A DNA stretch of 64,000 nucleotides, taken from contig JASLKG010000004.1 of assembly GCA_030747695.1 (NCBI GenBank), positions 6,534 through 70,533 of the forward strand. The letters run 5' to 3'. Below are positions 9,252-18,757 of the stretch, in pieces. The DNA comes from Candidatus Poseidoniaceae archaeon (lineage in GTDB: Archaea; Thermoplasmatota; Poseidoniia; Poseidoniales; Poseidoniaceae). A program made the position numbers and the translations under genes. The first letter of the stretch is position 1, and each line of letters starts with the position of its first letter. The notes under the pieces are model-generated. The model was not told the origin of the DNA. It was given only the letters and a program-made list of their open reading frames with translations, and ran no database searches.

Positions 9252-9701
9252 TTAGACCATGTTTGTTTCGCCTATCGTTTCTTTTGCAGATTCTATGAAT
9301 TCACTCAAATCTAGTCCTTGTTTATCTTCATAAATACGGGCCATTACGGCCATATCTAGCTTGTCAAGATACTTGACAAAACGAGCTTCTTTAGTCAAAC
9401 ACTCTTCATATTCTTCTAACAGATTTATCCACTGCGGTGCTAGTTTCATCATTGCTGCATATTCATCTGAAGATTTGCTGCTAGTATCATCATGCGGAGT
9501 TAGATCTCCAACAATAGCCTCGGGAAGATCATGAACAATACACATTTCTATTACTTTCATTTTATCAAGATCGGAGGGGCACAGATCCATAGCTAATATT
9601 GCCATTCCCCATGAATGAGATGCAACACTCTCTGGAGAATCCACACCTGCTCTTACCCATCCTGTTCGCAATAAGTGTTTGAGATCAAACCAGTCACGCA
9701 T
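9252..9701 (-). CDS. HD-domain phosphohydrolase (YfbR-like 5'-nucleotidase family)
   Basis: LKHLLRTGW, HSWGMA and IVHDLPEAIVGDLTPHD form the H..HD..D metal motif. The start is placed at the internal Met (MRDWFDL); the track start 9776 would abut hbd. Confidence 0.75.
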   Translation of the reverse strand: MRDWFDLKHLLRTGWVRAGVDSPESVASHSWGMAILAMDLCPSDLDKMKVIEMCIVHDLPEAIVGDLTPHDDTSSKSSDEYAAMMKLAPQWINLLEEYEECLTKEARFVKYLDKLDMAVMARIYEDKQGLDLSEFIESAKETIGETNMV

Positions 9702-9788
9702 AACTATTGCTGCTATTTCATTTATTAGATAACTTTGGTAAAGTATGCCTAGGCAATAATCATCAATTAGAATCATTTGGCATCTGAT

Positions 9789-10637
9789 ATGGGAATCAAA
9801 AAAATCGCTGTATTAGGTGCGGGGCAAATGGGCAATGGAATTACTCAGGTTGCAGCTTGTGCTGGGTACAAAGTCGTCATGATAGATATCAATCAAGAAT
9901 ATGTCGACAACGGGGTTGCAACGATAAACAAATCACTTTCTAAGTTGGTCGCAAAGGAACGGATGACTCAAGATGAGGCGAATAAAGCGATTGATAGGAT
10001 TTCAATTTCAATCGTCAGAGATGCGGCCGCAGATGCAGATTTAGTCATCGAAGCGATTCCTGAAATTCCAGATTTGAAATTTTCCACATTTGCAGAATTA
10101 GATCAAATTTGTAAACCTGAGGCGATACTTGCAAGTAATACAAGTAGTATTAGTATCAACGATATTGCTAATTCAACAAACCGTCCGGATAAAGTAATTG
10201 GAATGCATTTTATGAATCCAGTGCCAATTATGAAACTTGTAGAAATTATCAATGGTTCAGAGACAAGTGAACAGGTTACTAATGAAATAATTAAGGCGAG
10301 TGAAGTTATGGGAAAAATACCTCTATGTTGCAACGACTCGCCGGGTTTTGTTTCAAACAGAATACTATGCCCAATGATAAACGAAGCTATACTTACTCTT
10401 CAGGAGGGTGTAGCTGAACCTGAATCTATAGATGGAATTATGAAATTGGGAATGAATCATCCGATTGGCCCCTTAGCACTTTCAGATTTAATCGGTAATG
10501 ACACTGTTTTGCATATAATGAACGTACTTCACCAAGGGCTTAGTGACGACAAATATGCTCCAGCAGAATTACTAATAAAGATGGTCAAAGAGGGCAAGTT
10601 AGGGCGTAAATCCGGAGAAGGATTTTACAAATACTGA
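9789..10637 (+). CDS. hbd: 3-hydroxyacyl/3-hydroxybutyryl-CoA dehydrogenase
   Basis: Rossmann motif IAVLGAGQMGNGIAQV-like (KIAVLGAGQMGNGITQV), plus ASNTSS, GMHFMNPVP, PGFVSNR, HPIGPL and GRKSGEGFY. Confidence 0.9.
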   Translation: MGIKKIAVLGAGQMGNGITQVAACAGYKVVMIDINQEYVDNGVATINKSLSKLVAKERMTQDEANKAIDRISISIVRDAAADADLVIEAIPEIPDLKFSTFAELDQICKPEAILASNTSSISINDIANSTNRPDKVIGMHFMNPVPIMKLVEIINGSETSEQVTNEIIKASEVMGKIPLCCNDSPGFVSNRILCPMINEAILTLQEGVAEPESIDGIMKLGMNHPIGPLALSDLIGNDTVLHIMNVLHQGLSDDKYAPAELLIKMVKEGKLGRKSGEGFYKY

Positions 10638-10646
10638 GTTGATAAA

Positions 10647-10973
10647 ATGCAGCCAAATCCACATCAAATACCACCTCAATATGTGCCACATACGGCACCT
10701 CAAATGAATGTTTATCCTGGAGGTTTAGCAATTTCTCCTAATAATCAAAAATCAAAAATTGCAGTTCTATTGTTCGGGATATTTTTAGGGATATTCGGAG
10801 CCCACAATTTTTATCTGGGGTACAATGGAAAGGCGATTGCTCAATTGTTGATTACGGTATTATCCCTTGGTTTTCTAGCATTCATATCTGCCATATGGGC
10901 CTTAATAGAATCAATAATGATTTTTACATCTCCAATGCCAGTAGATGGTAGAGGTGTGCCTTTACGTGATTAA
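10647..10973 (+). CDS. TM2-domain membrane protein
   Basis: Pro/Gln-rich N-terminus followed by LLFGIFLGIFGAHNFYLGYNGKAIAQLL, the TM2 signature. Two TM helices. Confidence 0.7.
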   Translation: MQPNPHQIPPQYVPHTAPQMNVYPGGLAISPNNQKSKIAVLLFGIFLGIFGAHNFYLGYNGKAIAQLLITVLSLGFLAFISAIWALIESIMIFTSPMPVDGRGVPLRD

Positions 10974-11026
10974 ATTAGATTTACAACCAAGGCCAACCTT
11001 TGAGTGTAGTGCCTTGATGGCATAAC

Positions 11027-14000
11027 ATGCGCCGGGCTCTATTTCTGTGCGGATTAATGGTTTTCGTCGTATTTTCTCCATTAGTTTCTGCAACTGATAC
11101 AGATGGAGACGGAATTGACGATTCAATCGATATCTGCAAATGGGCAGCAGGAACTGCAAATTCTACCTTAGGTATGGGGTGCCCTGACCGCGATGGTGAT
11201 GGATTAGCTGATTTCGAAGAAGAAATTAAGCACAATTGGGGTGAATCTGAGCGGGAAGCATATGATTACAATGATCCAGTTGGAGATGAACCAAGAGCAA
11301 TAGAATGGGCAGCCAATGGTTCAATGTACTATGCAGGAGGAGAAGACAATATTGTTGTAATGTTTGACTCTCTTGGAAATAACATGGGTGTATTACACCA
11401 AATGCCGGGAGATATTACAGAGATTCAGAGATCACCTGACGGTACTATGTTGGCAATATCTAGCGGTAACGGCGGGGCGCATGTCATCAATTCAACATCA
11501 GGAACTTTGATCACTAATTTGACTGCAAATGCAGGCACTATGATTAATTCTAGTTCCACTGTTTCTTCTCTTACTTGGTCAAATGATCAATCTAGAATCT
11601 TCTTCCATAATGGCACTACTGCAATCGTTTGGTTCAATACAACTACTTGGACACAGGAACGTCATATTCCAGGATTCATTGATTATCAAGGTTCTAGCTG
11701 GATGGGCGCAATGGATACTACTCCAGATGATAGTTTGATTATATTTTCAGCACTTGGTGAGATACACGCATATTGGGTAGAAAATGCGACATACGCATGG
11801 AACAATACTAGTCATACAGACTATATTCGTGCACTTAGAGTTAGCCCAGATGGAAGATACATGGTCTCAGGAGGAGATATGGAAATTATGTTTGTTCATA
11901 GTATTGATAATGGTCCTGTGCTAGTCCATACAGGTTTGATTTCAGATGAGATTCATGATATTGAGTTTTCTACAGATGGGGGTTCCGTTTTTGTTGCAGT
12001 TCGAGGTTCAGATGATGGTATTCGCGTTTTTGATACAGATGGTTGGTCAAGTTTGGGTGTCATTGATGGATTTGGTTCTTCCAATAGAAATCGCGGAACT
12101 GAAGGTTTGGCAATAAATCCAGATGGAGATAGATTGGTTGTTGGACATCGGCGCAGTGGCAGAATGTCTCTTCATATTGCCGCAGAAGGCCACTTAAGAG
12201 TTCATGGTGAAATGGCCACTCAATTGATGGAAAGCAGATGGAGAGATTGGTATCCTACTAATTCTGAATCAGTTAGAACCTGGGATGTTGATCGTGCTAC
12301 AACAACTTCCGAAATTTGTGCTGGTAAATCATATATAGGATCTCACCCAGCAGGAGTAAGTCCACTTTACGCAACAAAAAACTCTAGTTTTTCGAGCAAT
12401 GGGTTGTGGGATTGTACTAACACTGAAGATCAAATATTGGATGTTCCATATGGGCGGATGGCAGCAGCTATGTTTGTCAAGTCTGGAGGAGAAACAGAAA
12501 GTTGTATAGCAACGCAAGGCGGCTTATCAATGGGCCAATTGCGATGGATTACTTCCGATATGAGTAAAAATGCTTTGCAGCAGAATTCTGAAATGCCTGG
12601 GATAAATATGGCATCAATAGCTCCAAATGATGATGGTGACAGCATTCCCGAGTGGAAAGATTTGGATTCATCTTGCTCAAATTCTCCAATTGTACTTGCT
12701 CATCGTTGGGAAAACCGAACAGAACCATGGGTTGTAAAGGATAAATTACTATGTGAAAATTGTAATAATCCCGACACTTTCTATGGAGTCACTCCAGATC
12801 GTTATCGTGCAATAGTTGGTGGAGAACGTGATGATGTTCTCTTAGGTGTTGCCGCATCATCTGGAGAAGGAAGTATAGGATTTACTGAATTAGGATACAG
12901 TTTAACTAACGGGACGGGAGTTTATCTTATCCCATTAGTAGACAATTACACACATGGCGCTGCCGATGCGATATCGGAGGGAGGAGTTGCAGTAACTCCT
13001 TCGCTAAATGCATCTAGAGATGATACTTGGCCATTACAAACTAACCAAAGAATGTTCATGAATACTAACTCTCTTGGAAAGAATATAAATTTTGCAAGAT
13101 TTTTGGTATCTGATGTTGGAGCTATGCAATGGGAAGATCTTAGTTTTACACGCTTGGGAATTTGGGACACCTATCTATCATATAGGCTCCTAGGTGTGAA
13201 TGTAAGTTATCTCTTACCAGATCAAGATTCAGATGGAGTGTGGGATGGTATTGATATTTGTGCGAATACTGATTTAGGTTTGCCAGTAAACTCAGATGGT
13301 TGCGCCGATAATCAACTTGATAACGATAATGACGGTTACACAAATGATTTGGATGATTGTGATGATGATTATGGAACCTCTACTTTGGGTTCATTAGGAT
13401 GCCCAGATTCAGATGGAGATAACTGGGCTGATGACTTCGACTCACACCCTGGGGATTCATCGGAGTGGAATGATACTGATTCTGATGGGTACGGTGACAA
13501 TTCAGACCATTGCATATACGAGTGGGGTAATTCAACAAACGATACAATTGGTTGCCCAGATACGGATGGTGATGGTTGGTCAGATTCAGGAGATGCATTT
13601 GTAAATGATTCGAGTGAATGGTCAGATATTGATGGAGATGGAATTGGAGATAATACCGATGCATTCCCATATGAAAACACACAGTGGTCAGATGGTGATG
13701 GAGACGGATACGGAGATAACATAACTGGAATTGAGGGTGATACCTGTGCTAGCACTTGGGGAACTTCGAATAAAAATGGGATTTTTGGATGTGTAGACCG
13801 TGATGGAGATGGATGGGCAGATACAGATGATGATTTGCCAGACAATCCACTGCAGCATACAGACGTCGACGGGGACGGAGTCGGTGACGATGCTTCGATA
13901 GAGGATTACGATTGGTGTACAGATACAACTGAAGATGAATTGTCATTAGTTGATTCGAAGGGTTGTGGACCATCACAAAGGGATAGTGATTATGATACCA

Positions 14001-14842
14001 TAATGGACAATGCCGACCAATGCCCAAATACACACATCTCTCAATCAGCTAATGTGAATTCAGATGGATGTTCACCATCCGAGATTGATTTAGATGGTGA
14101 TGGTTTTTCCAGTGCAATTGATTGGGATGACCAGGATCCTGAACAGCATTCAGATAGTGATGGAGATGGATATGGTGACAATGGAAATGTGGCTGGCGGA
14201 GACAGTTGTCCAGTCGAGGAAGGAACTTCAAACAAGGATAAATTTGGATGTCCCGATTTAGATGGAGATGGTTGGTCAAATGATGGTGATGCACTTCCAT
14301 TTGACCAAACCCAGTGGGCAGATACTGACTCAGATGGATTTTATGATAACTGGGATGATCCTTCATGGAATGAATCACGAACAGTTGGGGAATTTGTACT
14401 TGGAGCAACTAATCCCGACAGATGCCCTGAACAATATTCTAATTTCGCAGACTACGAAGGTTGTCTTACGGCAAAAGTTGTCGAAAATGAAAATAGCGAA
14501 AGTGGGCAAGATGAATCCGATTCAGAAGGTGGTTTAGACCTTCTAACTATTATTGGAATGATTGCGGGAGGAATCATACTATGCCTCATCGGTGCAATTA
14601 CTGTTTTGATGAACAAAAAGAAGCCACAGATAAAAGAAGACAAAGTTAATGCTGCATTTGATGAAATCAAAGATGAATCTGATAACGAGGATGTGGAGCC
14701 AATCAATTATGTTCCAACATGGGAGGAATTACCTCCTGGTGAATGGTTGCCAACTGATGAAAATGGCACTAATTGGTACCTAGATTCAGAAGGTAAACAT
14801 TGGTATTCAGATACGGATGGTTATCATGTATGGGAAGAGTAA
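11027..14842 (+). CDS. Giant surface protein: signal peptide, beta-propeller-like repeats, thrombospondin type-3 (TSP3) Ca-binding repeat array, one TM and a cytoplasmic tail
   Basis: Signal peptide MRRALFLCGLMVFVVFSPLVSA. Repeats of type SPDGTMLAISSG, VSPDGRYMVSGG, FSTDGGSVFVA and INPDGDRLVVG resemble WD40-like/YVTN propeller blades. Many DxDxDGxxDxxD units are present. The TM is LLTIIGMIAGGIILCLIGAITVLM and is followed by a tail of about 75 aa. Confidence 0.85.
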   Translation: MRRALFLCGLMVFVVFSPLVSATDTDGDGIDDSIDICKWAAGTANSTLGMGCPDRDGDGLADFEEEIKHNWGESEREAYDYNDPVGDEPRAIEWAANGSMYYAGGEDNIVVMFDSLGNNMGVLHQMPGDITEIQRSPDGTMLAISSGNGGAHVINSTSGTLITNLTANAGTMINSSSTVSSLTWSNDQSRIFFHNGTTAIVWFNTTTWTQERHIPGFIDYQGSSWMGAMDTTPDDSLIIFSALGEIHAYWVENATYAWNNTSHTDYIRALRVSPDGRYMVSGGDMEIMFVHSIDNGPVLVHTGLISDEIHDIEFSTDGGSVFVAVRGSDDGIRVFDTDGWSSLGVIDGFGSSNRNRGTEGLAINPDGDRLVVGHRRSGRMSLHIAAEGHLRVHGEMATQLMESRWRDWYPTNSESVRTWDVDRATTTSEICAGKSYIGSHPAGVSPLYATKNSSFSSNGLWDCTNTEDQILDVPYGRMAAAMFVKSGGETESCIATQGGLSMGQLRWITSDMSKNALQQNSEMPGINMASIAPNDDGDSIPEWKDLDSSCSNSPIVLAHRWENRTEPWVVKDKLLCENCNNPDTFYGVTPDRYRAIVGGERDDVLLGVAASSGEGSIGFTELGYSLTNGTGVYLIPLVDNYTHGAADAISEGGVAVTPSLNASRDDTWPLQTNQRMFMNTNSLGKNINFARFLVSDVGAMQWEDLSFTRLGIWDTYLSYRLLGVNVSYLLPDQDSDGVWDGIDICANTDLGLPVNSDGCADNQLDNDNDGYTNDLDDCDDDYGTSTLGSLGCPDSDGDNWADDFDSHPGDSSEWNDTDSDGYGDNSDHCIYEWGNSTNDTIGCPDTDGDGWSDSGDAFVNDSSEWSDIDGDGIGDNTDAFPYENTQWSDGDGDGYGDNITGIEGDTCASTWGTSNKNGIFGCVDRDGDGWADTDDDLPDNPLQHTDVDGDGVGDDASIEDYDWCTDTTEDELSLVDSKGCGPSQRDSDYDTIMDNADQCPNTHISQSANVNSDGCSPSEIDLDGDGFSSAIDWDDQDPEQHSDSDGDGYGDNGNVAGGDSCPVEEGTSNKDKFGCPDLDGDGWSNDGDALPFDQTQWADTDSDGFYDNWDDPSWNESRTVGEFVLGATNPDRCPEQYSNFADYEGCLTAKVVENENSESGQDESDSEGGLDLLTIIGMIAGGIILCLIGAITVLMNKKKPQIKEDKVNAAFDEIKDESDNEDVEPINYVPTWEELPPGEWLPTDENGTNWYLDSEGKHWYSDTDGYHVWEE
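13216..14360 (+). repeat. In-frame tandem array of thrombospondin type-3 (TSP3)-like calcium-binding repeats
   Basis: A recurring module GCPDxDGDGWxDxxDAFxxDxxxWxDxDGDGYGDN appears at least five times (e.g. GCPDTDGDGWSDSGDAF..DIDGDGIGDN and GCPDLDGDGWSNDGDAL..DTDSDGFYDN). It generates several long antisense shadow ORFs. Confidence 0.7.
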
Positions 14843-14941
14843 TTTGAAATTCATTTGTGCATCTACCATTTGTAGTGCCAATTAGTATTTCATGGCAATT
14901 GTCATAAGCCCCTACTACGGCACGTGAATGAGGGAGAGTCT

Positions 14942-15328
14942 ATGCCAGGTACAACCCGTGTTGAAATTCGTACACTGAAGGTAGGTCGCTATTGTTGCGT
15001 TGATGACAAAGCATACAAAATAAATTCAATATCTAAATCCAAACCTGGAAAGCATGGATCTGCTAAGGCTCGCTTAGAGTTAGTAGATATTTTCACTGGG
15101 CAAAAGATTTCTCACGTAGGTTCGGTTACAGATTCTATCCATGTTCCACTTATTGAAAAGGGAACAGCAATTGTAACCCACATGGATGGGTCTGAAGTCC
15201 ATGCTATGAATCAACGAGATTATTCTCAGATGATACTTCCACTTGAAGAAGGACTTGACATCGAAGCAGGTAAAGAAATCATGTGGATGGAAGCCCTAGG
15301 TTTGTTCAAGATTATCCGTGACCATTGA
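14942..15328 (+). CDS. eif5a: Translation initiation factor 5A (aIF5A)
   Basis: The hypusination loop SKSKPGKHGSAKARLELVDIFTG is present and the length is appropriate. The start is at ATG 14942, preceded by GAGGGAG. Confidence 0.9.
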   Translation: MPGTTRVEIRTLKVGRYCCVDDKAYKINSISKSKPGKHGSAKARLELVDIFTGQKISHVGSVTDSIHVPLIEKGTAIVTHMDGSEVHAMNQRDYSQMILPLEEGLDIEAGKEIMWMEALGLFKIIRDH

Positions 15329-15336
15329 ACAACTAT

Positions 15337-15355
15337 GCCCTCCCGTAGGGAGGGC
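15337..15355. repeat. Perfect hairpin GCCCTCCC-GTA-GGGAGGGC sharing a 13-nt core with 30914..30932
   Basis: An 8-bp stem with a 3-nt loop lies 9 nt after the aIF5A stop. The core CTCCCGTAGGGAG is identical to the second copy. No oligo-T tract follows. Confidence 0.6.
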
Positions 15356-15392
15356 AAGCATCATCAATGGGTTTCACTTGGATAAGCATAGT

Positions 15393-15408
15393 CAGAGTAA
15401 TTACTCTG
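15393..15408. promoter_or_regulatory. Perfect 16-bp palindrome CAGAGTAATTACTCTG upstream of the OPT transporter
   Basis: The sequence is self-complementary and ends 13 nt before the ATG at 15422. It could be an operator or a 5'-leader hairpin. Confidence 0.35.
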
Positions 15409-15421
15409 TTGAGGTTTTTCC

Positions 15422-17809
15422 ATGGGTGTTCAAAAATCTGCTTACCGCCAACCGGTAACACCTGAAGGCCTGAAGGCAATTGAAAATGGAACTTTAACTT
15501 GGCTTGATGACGAGATGTACAACAATCTCAACACAGGCGTACTGGAACAATATCTGGAAGAAAAAAATCTCGAAGAAGCGTTTGAAGTATCTCATTGGAG
15601 TACGAATAAGGTTCTACTCGGTATTGCTATTGGATCAGTTTTCTCCGGGGTCACCGCATATATTGGATTAAAATTAGGATTAGCAATATCTGCTGCATGG
15701 TATATCGCTTATTTGCTTGGAATGGCTCTAAAATGGTCACCTTCTGAAGTAAATATTGCAACTTCTGCAACGACTGGTGCAACACATGCATCAACTGGTT
15801 TCATATTCACATTCCCCGCAATATTTCTTCTAGGTACAGACAAATATCGGCTTGCAGAAGGTTATCTTATTGAAGTTGGTAGTGGTGATATAGCTAATTT
15901 AGCATTCGTTGGAATAGTAGCATCAATGTTTGCAGGTTTTTTAGGAGTTATGTATTTCATTATTTTCAGAAGAGTATGGTTAGTAGAGGATCCATTACCA
16001 CTTCCTGGATTTGAGGCCACATTGAAGATGCTAGATATAGCATCTGATGTGAGTACTGGCGCAGTTGAACATGCTAGAGATTCACTCAAAACTATTGGAA
16101 TATGGACAGGATTCACGATGGTTGCACTATTCTTGATTGAGTATCCTCTGATTTGGGCTAAAGAAGCAGCTGGTGTGAAGAAAATGGCTCTTATGGATTG
16201 GCTCGCAGAACTTGGAACAGGAGAAACATTTGGACTGGCTTCATTTTATTCCCATGGTAAGATCCATCAGCCCGGCGAGGTATATGATGGCCGAAATATA
16301 GGGCCAGCATATTGGACCGAAGAAACTTCATGGAATCCATTTGCATATACATACGTAGGAGTTGCATTATCTCCCTCAATGTTTGCTATTGGTTGGTTCA
16401 TGAAGACGAGAGTGGCTTTCCTGGTTAACATGGGTACTTTTGTTGGTTGGTTATTATTGGTCCCATTAGCTGTAATGACCAATTTCCCCGTATATGACTC
16501 AATATCACAAACGAACGTACCATTAACAGATTATGGCAATCAAAATGTGATGGGATATCCTCTCCAGATACTTGCATTTTCAAAGGTAATTAGAACTATT
16601 GCAATAGGATCAATTGTTGGTGGTGGGTTATTCGGTCTTTTGAAAATGTGGAAAACATTTGGAAAAATATTCGGAGATATTGCAAAAGCATTCAGGGGCG
16701 ATGGTGGACAAGAATATATGGAAGGTAAAGGATGGTATGAGTGGCCATTAGCACATATTCCTATATTCATGTTTCTCACATTTTTCGCAATGATTCTTAT
16801 CTTCATACTCGGTGATTTCCCTGTAATTGCTAGTGTAATCTTTGCTACAATATTGATACTTACGACTTTCTTGTTAGGTGCAATTGCCGTACGCGTGATG
16901 GGAGAAACAGGAATTGAACCAGTTTCTGGTACCTCATTTATTGTATTACTCATGCTGATGGGTGTATTTTTGAATTTCACAGAACCATTGGGACTTACAA
17001 CGCAATCAGCAGTATTGCTTGGATTGGTTGGAACAACTGTATTCGGATCAGCAATTTCAATGTCTGGAACAGTAATCGGTGATTACAAAAATAGTCTATA
17101 CATTGGAAACAGACCCTATCACATTTCCAAGGGCAACATCATGGGGGTTGTACCTGGTGCAATAATTGGAGCAGGTGTTGCAATCTTCCTTTCAAGAGAA
17201 CTTGCTGCAGGAAGAATAGACTTGATAGCACCTCAGGCCAATGCATTTGCAACATTTTCTGTAATATTTGCTGAGAAAGAGGGAGACATGCTTCTTTTAG
17301 GATTAGGATTTCTCCTAGGGATGTTTGTTGAATGGGCTACTGGAATGGGAACTTCTTTTGGACTTGGTATGTATCTTGATGTACCTCACACACTACCTAT
17401 GCTAATTGGCGGTGTAGCACGTGATAAATGGGAAGACAAGAAATTGAAACCTAGAATTGATAAGATCAAGGAAAAAGAAGGTGCTGTAGCGGCTGAAAAG
17501 CAACGAGCTCTGATTCTTCTGGGGACATTTATGGTAGCCGCCGGTGGTCTGACTGGTGAAGCATTCCTCGGAACTGAAAACTCCATTCTGTCATTTATTG
17601 ACTCACTGTGGCAAGATGGACAGATACTTCAAAAAATCTTTGGAACTCCTGACACTTTTGTCTATTCAACATACTGGTACATAATTCGACTTACATCGTT
17701 TATACTCATTAACTTCTTATTGGTCTGGGGAATTTTCTCATTGTTCAAACGCGCCGGAGTTATCGGTGGTGGAGATGAAGTTACAGATGCCGAGTTAATT
17801 GAGGCATGA
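15422..17809 (+). CDS. OPT-family oligopeptide transporter
   Basis: A polytopic membrane protein of about 16 TM. It carries OPT-like segments ATHASTGFIFTFPAIFLLG and VRVMGETGIEPVSGTSF. Confidence 0.8.
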   Translation: MGVQKSAYRQPVTPEGLKAIENGTLTWLDDEMYNNLNTGVLEQYLEEKNLEEAFEVSHWSTNKVLLGIAIGSVFSGVTAYIGLKLGLAISAAWYIAYLLGMALKWSPSEVNIATSATTGATHASTGFIFTFPAIFLLGTDKYRLAEGYLIEVGSGDIANLAFVGIVASMFAGFLGVMYFIIFRRVWLVEDPLPLPGFEATLKMLDIASDVSTGAVEHARDSLKTIGIWTGFTMVALFLIEYPLIWAKEAAGVKKMALMDWLAELGTGETFGLASFYSHGKIHQPGEVYDGRNIGPAYWTEETSWNPFAYTYVGVALSPSMFAIGWFMKTRVAFLVNMGTFVGWLLLVPLAVMTNFPVYDSISQTNVPLTDYGNQNVMGYPLQILAFSKVIRTIAIGSIVGGGLFGLLKMWKTFGKIFGDIAKAFRGDGGQEYMEGKGWYEWPLAHIPIFMFLTFFAMILIFILGDFPVIASVIFATILILTTFLLGAIAVRVMGETGIEPVSGTSFIVLLMLMGVFLNFTEPLGLTTQSAVLLGLVGTTVFGSAISMSGTVIGDYKNSLYIGNRPYHISKGNIMGVVPGAIIGAGVAIFLSRELAAGRIDLIAPQANAFATFSVIFAEKEGDMLLLGLGFLLGMFVEWATGMGTSFGLGMYLDVPHTLPMLIGGVARDKWEDKKLKPRIDKIKEKEGAVAAEKQRALILLGTFMVAAGGLTGEAFLGTENSILSFIDSLWQDGQILQKIFGTPDTFVYSTYWYIIRLTSFILINFLLVWGIFSLFKRAGVIGGGDEVTDAELIEA

Positions 17810-18741
17810 TTACAATGGGTAAATCAGCCCCCGTAGCAGTTTGGGGACTCTTGGCAACAAGTGTGGTGGGTGTATCTTTTGCTGGGGCAATCTTGCAACA
17901 TGTTGATGAGATACCTGCGCTAATGCGTGCCTCTTGGAGATTACAAATTACAGTCATAATGTTGCTTCCATTTGCTTTATTACAGTATAAATCAATGGAT
18001 AAAACACTGAGATTAAGGATTGTAGAAAAGCGTACAATATTGATTATTGTTGGATCAGGTATTGCATTGGCAGCACATTTTGGTTCTTGGGTAACGTCAC
18101 TAGATCACACCACATTAGCACACTCATTATTATTTGTAACCAGCCACCCACTTATATTGATAATTGGAATTGGTTTATGGATTCGTAAACCACACAAATT
18201 AGAAATCATGGGTGCATTATTTGGATTAGCTGGTGTTGCAATAACTTTGCTTGACGTATCTAGTGATTCTAATGTCACGCTTTTTGGAGATTTACTCGCA
18301 TTCGTTGGCGCAGTTACGGTAATTGGTTACATTGTGGCTGGACGTATACTAAGAGAGTGGATGCCAGTATTTGTTTACGCATTACCCGTTACAGCCATTG
18401 CTGCAATATCACTTATTCCAATTTCATTGATGATGGAGGAAAATGTATCTGCATTTGGATGGATTAGTTCCGATTTGCTATATTGGTTTGTACTGCTAGC
18501 ATTTCTGTCAGGAATTGTGGGACACACTGGTTTGAATGCTTGTCTACGTTGGTTATCACCATTAACCATCTCTGTATCTGTTACTTTTGAACCAATTCTC
18601 GGTGCCTTCATTGGATGGCTATTTTTCGATTCTGGCATACCTGGTATGTGGACATGGATTGGTGGGCCATTGTTGATTGGGGGGATTATTTTGGTTATCA
18701 TGGGTGGAGATCAGATTAAATTTGATAGTTCTGAAGAATAG
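17806..18741 (+). CDS. EamA/DMT-family transporter
   Basis: Ten predicted TM helices in two similar halves. The start overlaps the OPT stop (ATGA). Confidence 0.8.
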   Translation: MITMGKSAPVAVWGLLATSVVGVSFAGAILQHVDEIPALMRASWRLQITVIMLLPFALLQYKSMDKTLRLRIVEKRTILIIVGSGIALAAHFGSWVTSLDHTTLAHSLLFVTSHPLILIIGIGLWIRKPHKLEIMGALFGLAGVAITLLDVSSDSNVTLFGDLLAFVGAVTVIGYIVAGRILREWMPVFVYALPVTAIAAISLIPISLMMEENVSAFGWISSDLLYWFVLLAFLSGIVGHTGLNACLRWLSPLTISVSVTFEPILGAFIGWLFFDSGIPGMWTWIGGPLLIGGIILVIMGGDQIKFDSSEE

Positions 18742-18757
18742 TCATGAAATCTACATA

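Noticed and set aside
13216-14408. Periodic DNA repeats that might be mistaken for a CRISPR-like or satellite array, plus the shadow ORFs 13369..13845, 13380..13682, 13749..14033 and 14049..14408.
   Set aside because: The repeats are imperfect and in frame, and they encode DxDxDG calcium-binding units of the 1271-aa protein. There are no identical direct repeats with unique spacers.
15337-15355. Reading the two GC-rich hairpins as canonical intrinsic terminators.
   Set aside because: Neither is followed by an oligo-T tract on either strand. They are reported as a shared repeat of unknown role instead.
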